From Laetmonice hystrix (Eukaryota), in assembly GCA_965235115.1 (NCBI GenBank), contig OZ249436.1, positions 1,428,001-1,492,000 on the forward strand: DNA of 64,000 nucleotides, in the 5' to 3' direction. The position numbers and the translations under genes are program-made. The notes under the pieces were generated by a model. The model saw only the letters and a program-made list of their open reading frames with translations. It ran no database searches and had not been told where the DNA came from. Shown here piece by piece: positions 1 to 12,275 of the stretch. Numbering within the stretch: the first letter of the stretch is position 1; each line of letters opens with the position of its first letter.

Positions 1-1557
1 TAGGGGATCTCACTACATGCAGTATACAGTTACATAATGATAGGGGGCATCACTACATGAGTAGGCGGTAACAAAATGATAGGTGATATCACTACCCTGT
101 ACATCATGCAAGATGTGGTCACGATAGGGGTATCTCACAAGATCTAGTATGTACCCCACTACGTCCAGGAACTTACATAATGACAGGGCATCTCACTACA
201 TGCAGTAGAAGGTTACATAATGACAGGGCATCTCACTCACAAATTTCCCTGATGACTAAATGCAGGATTCTGACACATGAAAACAGAAGGTCCCATATGA
301 CGTTTATTGTCAACGGAAATTTTTCGAACGTAAGACTATTCAATAGGAATTTGATAACAAAAACACGAGAAACGTCAGCGACCGGCTTCGACTCGGAATT
401 TTGCTTCCTGTTCGTGCCCAGATGAGCCCAGATACAGTCAACAATATTTTGTCAAACGGTCCGTTTTTTCTACCAGTGCTGTTGTTTACACGGTGCCAAC
501 CAGTGACTATGGACAGCCAGCAAAACACGAAATAGGTGACCTACCTGGGGGGGGGGGGGGGCGGGGGGGCGGGGGGGGGTCCCACTCTCCCATGAGCCAC
601 TGCACGCCGAGAGTCGGGGAATCCCAGCCTTCCATTCGCCCAATGAGAGGCGCTCACTCAACCATATTGCTGGAGCATAAAATGAAAGCCCCGCGCCGTG
701 TCGAGAGAAAACTTGTCGTGACAGCAGGTTTATTTTACATCCCAGTACCTGTAAAACCAGGAATCCATGTGTCCGTATTGCGTAATCAAAACAATGAAAA
801 CACGCATTACGCATACATGGAATCACTCCACTTGTTTTCATTGATGTTGATGAATACGCATTACGCACTACGCCCACACCACGTGGCTTCCTGTGCCTAG
901 TCTAACCTCATCTAGGGTCGCTTCTAAACGTGCTCAGCCACACGATGTGTCAGCTGTACTAGTTACAAACATTATACTCAAATATCTTACTTATATGCGG
1001 CACGATTGTTGAATGGTTAAATACAATAATTCCCATTCAATATATCAGTACATAATATTCACAGTGTTCAGTAGCTGTCAGTATTCTTGATGTTTTAATC
1101 AATTACAAATGAAACAAAATCGGTTGTTCTCTTTCTGTCGCCTTCACTTTATTTGCTATTGTACAGCACCACCACCACCACCACGAGTCAAGTATCCGGT
1201 ACCATTGCCCTGTTTTTATAAACTTGTAAGGTGTAAGGTGACACAGACACACAAACATGGCAAAGTGAACAGTGGATCATTAAAACAACATGTTCCGATT
1301 CAGTTCCACACGGCACAAGATCTAAATACAAATACATGTGTACATTCACTGACTTCGGAGAGTGATACTCCATTGCATACAGTTTAGCTATCCATTTTTA
1401 AAGAACCAACGGCAGTAAACTGTTAACAATAAGCCATTCAATAGGTTTATGTCGGTAAAACTCGAGTGTGACGGCTCAAGTATGTCTCCCTGAAAATATG
1501 CTCCGTGCCTCGACGACATAATGTTCACCAGTGAAGTCGACGAATATTATTAAACTC

Positions 1558-2814
1558 TATAATCTAACCGTCCACCTTGGAGCACCCGTCAAGGGCCCGG
1601 GAGGGTGACTAGTTGAATCCCCACACGTTCATACAGAACCTGTGTATAATCTAACCGTCCACCTTGGAGCACCCGTCAAGGGCCTGGGAGGGTGACTAGT
1701 TGAATCCCCACACGTTCATACAGAACCTGTGTATAATCTAACCGTCCACCTTGGAGCACCCGTCAAGGGCCCGGGAGGGTGACTAGTTGAATCCCCACAC
1801 GTTCTACCACAACCTGTGTATAATCTAACCGTCCACCTTGGAGCACCCGTCAAGGGCCCGGGAGGGTGACTAGTTGAATCCCCACACGTTCTACCAGAAC
1901 CTGTGTATAATCTAACCGTCCACCTTGGAGCACCCGTCAAGGGCCCGGGAGGGTGACTAGTTGAATCCCCACACGTTCTACCAGAACCTGTGTATAATCT
2001 AACCGTCCACCTTGGAGCACCCGTCAAGGGCCCGGGAGGGTGACTAGTTGAATCCCCACACGTTCTACCAGAACCTGTGTATAATCTAACCGTCCACCTT
2101 GGAGCACCCGTCAAGGGCCCGGGAGGGTGACTAGTTGAATCCCCACACGTTCTACCAGAACCTGTGTATAATCTAACCGTCCACCTTGGAGCACCCGTCA
2201 AGGGCCCGGGAGGGTGACTAGTTGAATCCCCACACGTTCTACCACAACCTGTGTATAATCTAACCGTCCACCTTGGAGCACCCGTCAAGGGCCCGGGAGG
2301 GTGACTAGTTGAATCCCCACACGTTCTACCAGAACCTGTGTATAATCTAACCGTCCACCTTGGAGCACCCGTCAAGGGCCCGGGAGGGTGACTAGTTGAA
2401 TCCCCACACGTTCACACAGAACCTGTGTATAATCTAACCGTCCACGTTGGAGCACACGTCAAGGGCCCGGGAGGGTGACTAGTTGAATCCCCACACGTTC
2501 TACCAGAACCTGTGTATAATCTAACCGTCCACCTTGGAGCACCCGTCAAGGGCCCGGGAGGGTGACTAGTTGAATCCCCACACGTTCTACCACAACCTGT
2601 GTATAATCTAACCGTCCACCTTGGAGCACCCGTCAAGGGCCCGGGAGGGTGACTAGTTGAATCCCCACACGTTCTACCAGAACCTGTGTATAATCTAACC
2701 GTCCACCTTGGAGCACCCGTCAAGGGCCCGGGAGGGTGACTAGTTGAATCCCCACACAATCTACCACAACCTGTGTATAATCTAACCGTCCACCTTGGAG
2801 CACCCGTCAAGGGC
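1558..2814. repeat. 87-bp minisatellite, segment 1 (about 14 units)
   Basis: Near-identical unit aatctaaccgtccaccttggagcacccgtcaagggcccgggagggtgactagttgaatccccacacgttctaccagaacctgtgtat, interrupted at 2815 by a LINE. Confidence 0.97.
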
Positions 2815-3765
2815 AGTCTTAATGCAGGGTTGAAATGCGTAGCTGACGACCATGGGTGCTTGTTCATTGATAACAATGAACATTTCCTAACAAAGAGAGG
2901 AGATGTCATCAGTTGTTTCCTGTCCGATGATAAAGTGCATCTCTCAAGGCAAGGATGTGACGCGTTAAGATGCAGCCTATCGTTGCACAACAGGGACAGC
3001 AAAAGAGTAGACTGGACAGTGGTTAATAAAAGGAAAAAGCTAAGCAAAAACAAGGGACAAAAAGGGCACCACTCGACTGTAATTAATGACGCTGGGAATC
3101 TTTTCAAAGCATTTGCAAAGACTATAACTTCGAGAAAAGAGGCTATGCAATGGCTAGCCAAGTTACAAGAGGAGAAGGTTGTAGACAAGGCTACGAGTAA
3201 CAGCTGGGCCTATAGGTTGCGCACAGACAACGGAGTTGCTGAACGACATCAGGATGATGGTGAAAGGGGTGCCGGTGAGAAGCTACAAACCCTACTAAAG
3301 GAAAACCAGCTGTCTGACATAATGGTCGTCGTCAGTCGTCATTTCGCATGTCACCTCAACCAAGCCCGATGGGATCACATCTTGGATACGGCTGCTGACG
3401 CTTTGAAAAGGACGACCGGGCGGCAACATATCAAGAAACGGGCGAAACCCCAAACTCAGAGGAGGAACGGCAGTAGGGGGCCTGCATATCATGATTCTCA
3501 GTATAGCAAACAGAAGATCACACGGACGTCAACTTACGATAGCCACCAACAATCATACGACAGGGAATGTTATTCGGACAGATTACATGATCATTACCCG
3601 ACGCGTCATGATTACGACACACACGGGCACGTGCAGGGCCAGTGTGCGACTTGTGGTGAAACGAACCATGTGACTAGTAACTGCAGGCACCAAAATCAGG
3701 TGCAATGCTTCACATGTTACGCTTTTGGTCACAAGAGCAAGCACCACAACCGGCCTGGGGAGTAG
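2815..3765 (+). CDS. LINE ORF1 (5'-truncated): SGNH-esterase C-terminal part + IMPACT/YigZ (UPF0029) domain + two zinc knuckles
   Basis: FIDN...DKVHLSRQG (DxxH, 2929-2940); ATSNSWAYRL...DDGERGAG...IMVVVSRH (about 3070-3408); CATCGETNHVTSNC (3643-3684) and CFTCYAFGHKSKHH (3706-3747). The first 14 aa of the ORF-track call come from the minisatellite. Confidence 0.85.
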   Translation, partial: SLNAGLKCVADDHGCLFIDNNEHFLTKRGDVISCFLSDDKVHLSRQGCDALRCSLSLHNRDSKRVDWTVVNKRKKLSKNKGQKGHHSTVINDAGNLFKAFAKTITSRKEAMQWLAKLQEEKVVDKATSNSWAYRLRTDNGVAERHQDDGERGAGEKLQTLLKENQLSDIMVVVSRHFACHLNQARWDHILDTAADALKRTTGRQHIKKRAKPQTQRRNGSRGPAYHDSQYSKQKITRTSTYDSHQQSYDRECYSDRLHDHYPTRHDYDTHGHVQGQCATCGETNHVTSNCRHQNQVQCFTCYAFGHKSKHHNRPGE

Positions 3766-3783
3766 GGGCACGGCCAGTATGAA

Positions 3784-6603
3784 GTGGCCACGCACGACGC
3801 GTATACAACTTGTAAACAACCAATACCGGTCTTTATGTCGTTGCGTGCTTGTTGTCCCAATCAGGCCAGGGGTAAGGGGTCGAGCAACGAGAATTTAGTA
3901 TGTGTCCCCACTATGAGGAATTGGGACCTACCTCGAGTGTTGAACCTGAACGCCCGATCTTTAAACATTGAGAAAACAGACGAGTTGAGTGCTGCTATGT
4001 ATCTGAATGATATATCATGCGCCTGTATAACCGAAACCTGGTTTTCTGAACATGTGCCTACTGAAGCTGTGGCTATTCCTAATTTTTACTGCGAAAGAAA
4101 GGATCGTCACTCGGGGCGAGGAGGGGGTGTGGCATGTTACATTAAAGACACCCTTTCATATGAACGATTGCATGATCTTGAAAACGAGTTACATGAGGTT
4201 TTGTGGATCAAACTGAAACCCACTAAGTTGCCACGTCGGTTCTCATGTATTGTGGTGGCTTGTATCTACCATCCACCAGATGCAGACAACAAGACAATCC
4301 GTGAATATCTAATTATGTGTATTGATAGTGTTTTAAGAAAACATCCTGAATGTGGAGTTATATTAACTGGAGATTTTAATCAGATGTATGATAAATTCCT
4401 CTCCCAGCATTATGGATTCAAACAACTGATTACTAACCCCACACGTAATAGAGCTATTCTAGATAAGTTATGGACAAACTTGTATGAAGTGTATGATGGG
4501 GCAGCAGTACTATCTACATTAGGGAAGTCAGATCATAATATGGTCTTACTAGCCCCGGCGTTTAGTCCATCTATAAATACTGGGCAGGTACAGAAAGTCG
4601 TTGTCAGAAGCATGGGTACCGCTGAGAAGGCGCATTTTGCCAACGATTTGGCTGATATAAGATGGGAACCCCTTTTTCGACTGGAGTTCTGTAATGACCA
4701 GTTCATGTATTTCCAATCAATTATGGACCTCTTATTGCAAACCTGTTTCCCATTGAAAACCGTCACCCGTCATACTGGCGAAAAGCCATGGGTTACTGAC
4801 AAGTTCAGACAACTTATACGAAAAAGGCAGCGGGCACTTATGGCTGGCCGTAAAGAGGAGGCCAATAAGTTTAGGAATAAGGTGAATAGGGAAGCAGCAA
4901 GACTAAGACATGACTTTTATAGAAAGAAAATAACGACACTGGAGAGCAATTCTTCCAGAGATTGGTGGAAACATATGAAAGAATTAATGGGGCTAGGCAA
5001 GGGTGAGAACGCTGAAATGAGGATCTTGGCTAACACACACACGGAAGGTGATATGGAGGCTTTGGCGTGCAAAATTAATGATTTTTTGGTAACCGTTAGC
5101 AGCAGCCTGCCCAGATTATCTGAAGCTCATGAAATATTTCAGCTTAAGGACCCCCTCCCTGCAGAATATATTATAAGTGTGGCCCAGACGGAGGATGCCC
5201 TAAACAAAGTAAAGACTAACAAAGCATGTGGACCAGATAATATTCCTCCATGGGTACTAAAGGAATTTTCGCATGTATTGGCTGCACCTTTGGCGGCAGT
5301 ATTCAACAGCTCACTACGCGAAGGGGTGGTACCAAGTCTGTGGAAAACGGCCTCAGTTGTGCCGCTAGCCAAGAAACATCCACCCACGAACATCGAGAAT
5401 GATATCCGGCCCATTTCACTAACCCCTATAGCCTGCAAGGTATTTGAATCCATCGTTATGAAATGGCTTGACAAGGTGTTAATGCCAGTCATTGACCCCA
5501 GACAGTTTGGTTCAATAGCTGGCACTTGCACTACCGACGCTTTAGTAGAGATGGTCCATAAGTGGTCTGAGGCTACTGACATTCCGGGGACATATGTAAG
5601 AGTAGTCCAATTAGATTTTTCAAAGGCTTTTGATCTCATTAATCATGAAATCCTGATTAACAAGTTGATGCAAATGGGAATTCCCCTTCACATTGTGAGA
5701 TGGATGGCTGCTTTCCTCTTGAATAGGGAGCATAAGGTCAAAATAGGAAATTATGAGTCACACCTCAATTCCCCGAATGGTGGGGTACCCCAGGGAACCC
5801 TATCTGGCCCCAAAGATTTCCTGGTCCATATTAATGACCTGGCGACCCCATGTCCATTGTTTAAATACGTAGACGACAGCACGATTTTTGAAGTATGTAC
5901 GCATGATAACGTGTCAAAATTACAAGATTCTGTAGATATTGCAGGACAGTGGGTGATAGATAATGATATGCGGGTGAATGTTAGTAAAACATATGAAATG
6001 ATAATAGATTTTAGTATGAACCGTAATAGGGAGGTACCTCATATTACTGTGAATAACTCCATAGCTAAACGTACTGATACAGTTAAAATCCTTGGTATTT
6101 CTATTACAAAAGACCTATCATGGAATGTGCATGTTGAGAATATTATTAAGAAAGCTAGTAAGAGGATTTACATCTTATATCAGTTAAAGAGAGCAGGGAT
6201 TGATCAAGGTGATCTCCTGAGGATATATCTCAGTATAATAAGGCCTGTACTGGAATATGCATGTCCTGTGTGGAGCACAAGTCTGCCACTCTACCTTTGT
6301 GATAGTATTGAAATGATACAGAAGCGAGCTTTTAGAGTAATATATCCTGGGACCACGTACCACCAGGTACTCATTGATGTAAACCTACCAATGTTGTTGA
6401 ACAGACGGAAAGATCTATGTAAGAAGTATTTTAACGAAATGACGAAGCCATCACATAAACTAAACCATCTGGTACCAGAAGTAAGATCCATACCATATTC
6501 TTTGCGAGAATCTAATATTTACCCACTAATTAAGGCAAGAACAAATAGATTTAATAATTCCCTTATTCCGTGGGCTTTACGCAATTACCAATGTGAACAA
6601 TAA
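3784..6603 (+). CDS. LINE ORF2: apurinic-like endonuclease + reverse transcriptase
   Basis: APE motifs LNARS, ITETW, GDFN, SDH; RT motifs RPISLT, LDFSKAFD, GVPQG, YVDD; uninterrupted 939-codon frame; first in-frame ATG at 3835. Confidence 0.97.
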   Translation: MATHDAYTTCKQPIPVFMSLRACCPNQARGKGSSNENLVCVPTMRNWDLPRVLNLNARSLNIEKTDELSAAMYLNDISCACITETWFSEHVPTEAVAIPNFYCERKDRHSGRGGGVACYIKDTLSYERLHDLENELHEVLWIKLKPTKLPRRFSCIVVACIYHPPDADNKTIREYLIMCIDSVLRKHPECGVILTGDFNQMYDKFLSQHYGFKQLITNPTRNRAILDKLWTNLYEVYDGAAVLSTLGKSDHNMVLLAPAFSPSINTGQVQKVVVRSMGTAEKAHFANDLADIRWEPLFRLEFCNDQFMYFQSIMDLLLQTCFPLKTVTRHTGEKPWVTDKFRQLIRKRQRALMAGRKEEANKFRNKVNREAARLRHDFYRKKITTLESNSSRDWWKHMKELMGLGKGENAEMRILANTHTEGDMEALACKINDFLVTVSSSLPRLSEAHEIFQLKDPLPAEYIISVAQTEDALNKVKTNKACGPDNIPPWVLKEFSHVLAAPLAAVFNSSLREGVVPSLWKTASVVPLAKKHPPTNIENDIRPISLTPIACKVFESIVMKWLDKVLMPVIDPRQFGSIAGTCTTDALVEMVHKWSEATDIPGTYVRVVQLDFSKAFDLINHEILINKLMQMGIPLHIVRWMAAFLLNREHKVKIGNYESHLNSPNGGVPQGTLSGPKDFLVHINDLATPCPLFKYVDDSTIFEVCTHDNVSKLQDSVDIAGQWVIDNDMRVNVSKTYEMIIDFSMNRNREVPHITVNNSIAKRTDTVKILGISITKDLSWNVHVENIIKKASKRIYILYQLKRAGIDQGDLLRIYLSIIRPVLEYACPVWSTSLPLYLCDSIEMIQKRAFRVIYPGTTYHQVLIDVNLPMLLNRRKDLCKKYFNEMTKPSHKLNHLVPEVRSIPYSLRESNIYPLIKARTNRFNNSLIPWALRNYQCEQ

Positions 6604-6745
6604 CCGTTTTTGAATGTATATAATTCTTTTTTTTTTTTTTTTTTTTTTTTTTCTTATGTATTATGTACTGTGTATTAAGTATTATGTACACATATGTATG
6701 TTATCTTAATCCAACCTTACGGTTGCAAATAAAAACTTATCTTAT

Positions 6746-7907
6746 GAGGGTGACTAGTTGAATCCCCACACGTTCTACCAGAACCTGTGTATAATCTAAC
6801 CGTCCACCTTGGAGCACCCGTCAAGGGCCCGGGAGGGTGACTAGTTGAATCCCCACACGTTCTACCAGAACCTGTGTATAATCTAACCGTCCACCTTGGA
6901 GCACCCGTCAAGGGCCCGGGGGGGGGGGGGGTGACTAGTTGAATCCCCACACGTTCTACCAGAACCTGTGTATAATCTAACCGTCCACCTTGGAGCACCC
7001 GTCAAGGGCCCGGGGGGGTGACTAGTTGAATCCCCACACGTTAATACAGAACCTGTGTATAATCTAACCGTCCACCTTGGAGCACCCGTCAAGGGCCCGG
7101 GAGGGTGACTAGTTGAATCCCCACACGTTCTACCAGAACCTGTGTATAATCTAACCGTCCACCTTGGAGCACCCGTCAAGGGCCCGGGAGGGTGACTAGT
7201 TGAATCCCCACACGTTCTACCAGAACCTGTGTATAATCTAACCGTCCACCTTGGAGCACCCGTCAAGGGCCCGGGAGGGTGACTAGTTGAATCCCCACAC
7301 GTTCTACCAGAACCTGTGTATAATCTAACCGTCCACCTTGGAGCACCCGTCAAGGGCCCGGGAGGGTGACTAGTTGAATCCCCACACGTTCATACAGAAC
7401 CTGTGTATAATCTAACCGTCCACCTTGGAGCACCCGTCAAGGGCCCGGGAGGGTGACTAGTTGAATCCCCACACGTTCATACAGAACCTGTGTATAATCT
7501 AACCGTCCACCTTGGAGCACCCGTCAAGGGCCCGGGAGGGTGACTAGTTGAATCCCCACACGTTCTACCAGAACCTGTGTATAATCTAACCGTCCACCTT
7601 GGAGCACCCGTCAAGGGCCCGGGAGGGTGACTAGTTGAATCCCCACACGTTCTACCACAACCTGTGTATAATCTTACCGTCCACCTTGGAGCACCCGTCA
7701 AGGGCCCGGGAGGGTGACTAGTTGAATCCCCACACGTTCTACCAGAACCTGTGTATAATCTTACCGTCCACCTTGGAGCACCCGTCAAGGGCCCGGGAGG
7801 GTGACTAGTTGAATCCCCACACGTTCTACCAGAACCTGTGTATAATCTAACCGTCCACCTTGGAGCACCCGTCAAGGGCCCGGGAGGGTGACTAGTTGAA
7901 TCCCCAC
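6746..7907. repeat. 87-bp minisatellite, segment 2 (about 13 units)
   Basis: Same unit as 1558-2814, resumes directly after the LINE tail. Confidence 0.97.
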
Positions 7908-10764
7908 GAATACGAGAGAGTTCGGCCTCACGGAGGTTTCGGCCCAGCGGAGGTTTCGGCCCAGCGGAGGTTTCGGCCCAGCGGAGGTTTCGGCCCAGCG
8001 GAGGTTTCGGCCCAGAGGAGGTTTCGGCCTCAGGAGATTTCGGCCCAGAGGAGGGTTCGGCCTCAGGAGATTTCGGCCCAGAGGAGGGTTCGGCCTCAGG
8101 AGATTTTGGCCCAGAGGAGGCCCATGGAAACCTAAAGATTGGGACGTCAGAATAAATTTGGCAAAAGATGGGAAGCCCCGCCCTTGTGGGATACACATTC
8201 AGTCTACTTCGTTATGTTATACACTGTGTGCCTGCGGTTATGTGGTCTGGGATGGCATGTGGTTTAAAGAGGTCAGTCAGCTGACAAGGGGTTACACTCT
8301 CAACGGCTCTGTATCTCATTAAACCACCGTCTGTAAACTCTGCATAAATATTATTTCAGATGTTGCCAGCAGTTGTGTTTGGGCCTTCACTACAGGTATA
8401 TACAATGAATGAATAGATAAATCTTATGCAGTGCTTGAGGATCTGTGCGTCTGACATAAAAACTGTGCACATTTTTGCAACCATATTTAAAAATAACTTG
8501 AGTATCATATAGTCTTTTAAATGTATAGAAATACAAAATTAAGAGTGTCCTCTTCATTTTACCAATTTAAACTAAACAAATCCCTTTACCGCCTTTACGC
8601 AACTGTTGTAGTAGTGCTACGCAAATTGTGGAGTCTGTTTAGGGGTGCTTCCCCGAATCTGCTCTAAGCCCACGAAATCTCAAAGTTTGCCGCTAGAGCA
8701 CTCTCTGAATCAGCCATGATTCCAATTCATGTTCTTATATTCTTTTTATTCTTTTTCTCTGAAACTAATATTTGTGAAATCCGAGCTCGGCGCCAAAGAG
8801 CCGGGATCATTTATGGAGGAGAAACGAGGAGTTTGCGTAGGTATGAGATTAGTATAGGTACTCTCACATAATATGTATCTAGGACCCATGTCGTGTGCTC
8901 AGTATGTATTGTCAAGGAAATGTAAACAATAGCTGTACAACCGTTAACCACCATCTTGGTTCTCACCTCTCGCGCGCTCTGGGTCGGAAGTGACGAAGGC
9001 GACTTGGGAGACGATTCGGAGGGTATAAATACAACCGAGCAGACAGAGTCGAGTTCTCCACCTTTGGAAGCATCGTGGCAATCAGACGGCCCACCTCCGC
9101 CCCGACTCCTCCATGTTTCATGTCGACTTGGGGGAATATTCTGTCTCAACGCCTTTGTCTAGGTTCACTTATGTTTTTATGTAGGCCTGCTGGGTTTGGC
9201 TCGGGGTCAGCATGGCTGCTCGAGTTCTTTTCTCAGTTTGGTGGGATGGGTGTGTATTTGGGTTCCTGGATGGGCATTGTCTCCACCTAATAAGGCATAC
9301 TATACCTATATCCGTGTATTTTGGACTATGTATTTCTATATAATGTATTATCAGTTATGGTATTATGACTATGGTATTGTTATGTTATGTTACATATATC
9401 AGTTACACGTTATATGGATTTATCATTTACCATATTATAATGATGTTGAGTCCCCCATTGCATGGGGTGATCGACGGGTTACTACATGTATCGGGTGGAT
9501 AAAAAAAAACGCCCCGAACTTTAAACTTTAATATTTCAATAACTGTGCCTTATAATTCAATAAAATTTCTCTTAATATAACTTCATGATGTTATCTCTTG
9601 TATGTTAAAGTTTCAGCTCAATAGCTTTGATATTAATCCCGTGGCGCTAAAAACAAAAATCAGTGTCTAAAAACACAATGCCGGAATTAGGTCAAATATC
9701 ATGCAGCTGCCAGGTGTCCAATTTGACACCTGTTTGATGCACCGCATTGTACCTTGGGTAAAAAAGTTTTCAATATCTAGTTTTTGCATGTTTTACAATA
9801 TGTATAATGTTGTGAACCACTAGATATAATAGATTATGTGCTAATCCTAGTACTTCTAGAGAAAACCAGATGTTTACTGTGCCAAACCCTACAGAGAAAC
9901 TGCAACATTAGGACGATATGACTGTAACCAGAAGTTCAAGGGGAATCGTATCATTATCACGTTTAGCAACACGTTCAGAACGCTGCTTATTTCCCAATAA
10001 TGGGAAGATAATTCCTTTTCAGAGATCAGGAAGTGCATTGGCGCATGTAAAAAGAGACTGAGAGCAGTATGAAGTGAAAACGGGGGACCAATTGACCACC
10101 TACTCGAATGTGAGGCCTGGGACTCTGGGTGCGACTACCACTCGCTTTAGCCCGGCATTGCGCTTTTTTACAATGATTTTTGTTTTTAGCCCCACGGACA
10201 TATTATCCAAGCAATTGAGTTGTAACATTCTCAACTAAGAGACAACATCATGAAGTGATAGTAAGAAAAATTTCATTGAATTGCAATCAATACTTTTTGA
10301 AATATTAGAGTTTAAAGTTCGGGGCGTTTTTTTTATCCACCCGATATATGAATAAAATGTAACCTACAGCAAGCATTCCCGTTCTCCCAATAATTAGACT
10401 TTAACAAGTTAATTTGGTAGCTGAGCATTTAAGTATAATATAATCGCAACTTTTATTCTTATATGTTTGACGTCACCCGCCCAAAGAAAACAATAGGGGT
10501 AGATAACAGGTTTGGCATACAACATGAACTGACTTCAGGCGATTCTATTTCACCTTCATCTTTAATCACAAATTCACAGGCTAAAATACACACAGGCCGA
10601 AATCTCTCACGGCCGAAATTATCCCAAGGCCGAAATCTCCGCAGGACCGAAACCTCCTGAGGCCGAAACCTCTTGTTAGTACCTGGGCCGAAACCTCCGA
10701 CCGGCCGAAACCTCTCGAAAGTGGCCGGGCCGAAACCTCCACGGGGCCGAAGTCTCCGGGTACC
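7908..10764. mobile_element. Non-autonomous cut-and-paste DNA transposon with subterminal GGCCGAAACCTC-type repeats
   Basis: 8-bp TSD atccccac at 7900-7907 and 10765-10772; imperfect TIRs; arrays of gaggtttcggcc at the left end (7915-8120) and inverted ggccgaaacctc at the right end (10595-10757); no transposase ORF. Confidence 0.8.
9491..10344. mobile_element. Nested MITE with long imperfect TIRs, TA target (Tc1/mariner-like)
   Basis: Left tcgggtggataaaaaaaaacgccccgaactttaaact; right agtttaaagttcggggcgttttttttatccacccga; inverted similarity runs roughly 200 bp inward; TA on both flanks. Confidence 0.85.
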
Positions 10765-12087
10765 ATCCCCACACGTTCTACCAGAACCTGTGTATAATCT
10801 AACCGTCCACCTTGGAGCACCCGTCAAGGGCCCGGGAGGGTGACTAGTTGAATCCCCACACGTTCTACCACAACCTGTGTATAATCTAACCGTCCACCTT
10901 GGAGCACCCGTCAAGGGCCCGGGAGGGTGACTAGTTGAATCCCCACACGTTCTACCAGAACCTGTGTATAATCTAACCGTCCACCTTGGAGCACCCGTCA
11001 AGGGCCCGGGAGGGTGACTAGTTGAATCCCCACACGTTCATACAGAACCTGTGTATAATCTAACCGTCCACCTTGGAGCACCCGTCAAGGGCCCGGGAGG
11101 GTGACTAGTTGAATCCCCACACGTTCTACCAGAACCTGTGTATAATCTAACCGTCCACCTTGGAGCACCCGTCAAGGGCCCGGGAGGGTGACTAGTTGAA
11201 TCCCCACACGTTCTACCAGAACCTGTGTATAATCTAACCGTCCACCTTGGAGCACCCGTCAAGGGCCCGGGAGGGTGACTAGTTGAATCCCCACACGTTC
11301 TACCAGAACCTGTGTATAATCTAACCGTCCACCTTGGAGCACCCGTCAAGGGCCCGGGAGGGTGACTAGTTGAATCCCCACACGTTCTACCACAACCTGT
11401 GTATAATCTAACCGTCCACCTTGGAGCACCCGTCAAGGGCCCGGGAGGGTGACTAGTTGAATCCCCACACGTTCATACAGAACCTGTGTATAATCTTACC
11501 GTCCACCTTGGAGCACCCGTCAAGGGCCCGGGAGGGTGACTAGTTGAATCCCCACACGTTCTACCAGAACCTGTGTATAATCTAACCGTCCACCTTGGAG
11601 CACCCGTCAAGGGCCCGGGAGGGTGACTAGTTGAATCCCCACACGTTCTACCAGAACCTGTGTATAATCTTACCGTCCACCTTGGAGCACCCGTCAAGGG
11701 CCCGGGGGGGTGACTAGTTGAATCCCCACACGTTCTACCAGAACCTGTGTATAATCTAACCGTCCACCTTGGAGCACCCGTCAAGGGCCCGGGAGGGTGA
11801 CTAGTTGAATCCCCACACGTTCATACAGAACCTGTGTATAATCTAACCGTCCACCCTGGAGCACCCGTCAAGGGCCCGGGAGGGTGACTAGTTGAATCCC
11901 CACACGTTCTACCACAACCTGTGTATAATCTAACCGTCCACCTTGGAGCACCCGTCAAGGGCCCGGGAGGGTGACTAGTTGAATCCCCACACGTTCTACC
12001 AGAACCTGTGTATAATCTAACCGTCCACCTTGGAGCACCCGTCAAGGGCCCGGGAGGGTGACTAGTTGAATCCCCACACGTTCTACC
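10765..12087. repeat. 87-bp minisatellite, segment 3 (about 15 units)
   Basis: Same unit; ends about 190 bp downstream of the IVD stop codon. Confidence 0.97.
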
Positions 12088-12275
12088 GGAAGCTCTATGT
12101 GGTTTGTAATACTTGATCAGGACACAACCTCCACTTTATTACGGCACTCTCTGTCTCACAAAACAGCTGGTAATCTTCATTGAATCCCGTCGTTCACAGC
12201 AGTATCTGATACTGTTCACACCTGTTCACAGACGACCCGTCGTTCACAGCAGTATCTGCTACTGTTCATACCTGT

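Larger units (their letters stand above)
2815..6745 (+). mobile_element. CR1/L2-group non-LTR retrotransposon, 5'-truncated within ORF1, ORF2 intact
   Basis: Partial ORF1 plus APE-RT ORF2. The 3' end has hairpin caacc-ttac-ggttg, aataaa and a (cttat)2 tail. It sits inside an 87-bp unit (gggc|...|gagggtg), 4 bp (ccgg) are lost and no TSD is visible. Confidence 0.93.

Noticed and set aside
4533..6491. Antisense ORFs within LINE ORF2 (also 13323-14041 and 15358-15540)
   Set aside because: Shadow frames of the RT/endonuclease coding strand
1716..12045. Many minus-strand ORFs repeating TGAPRWTVRLYTGSGRTCGDSTSHPPGPL
   Set aside because: Artefact of an 87-bp (multiple of 3) minisatellite; variant units introduce stops, and starts are non-ATG
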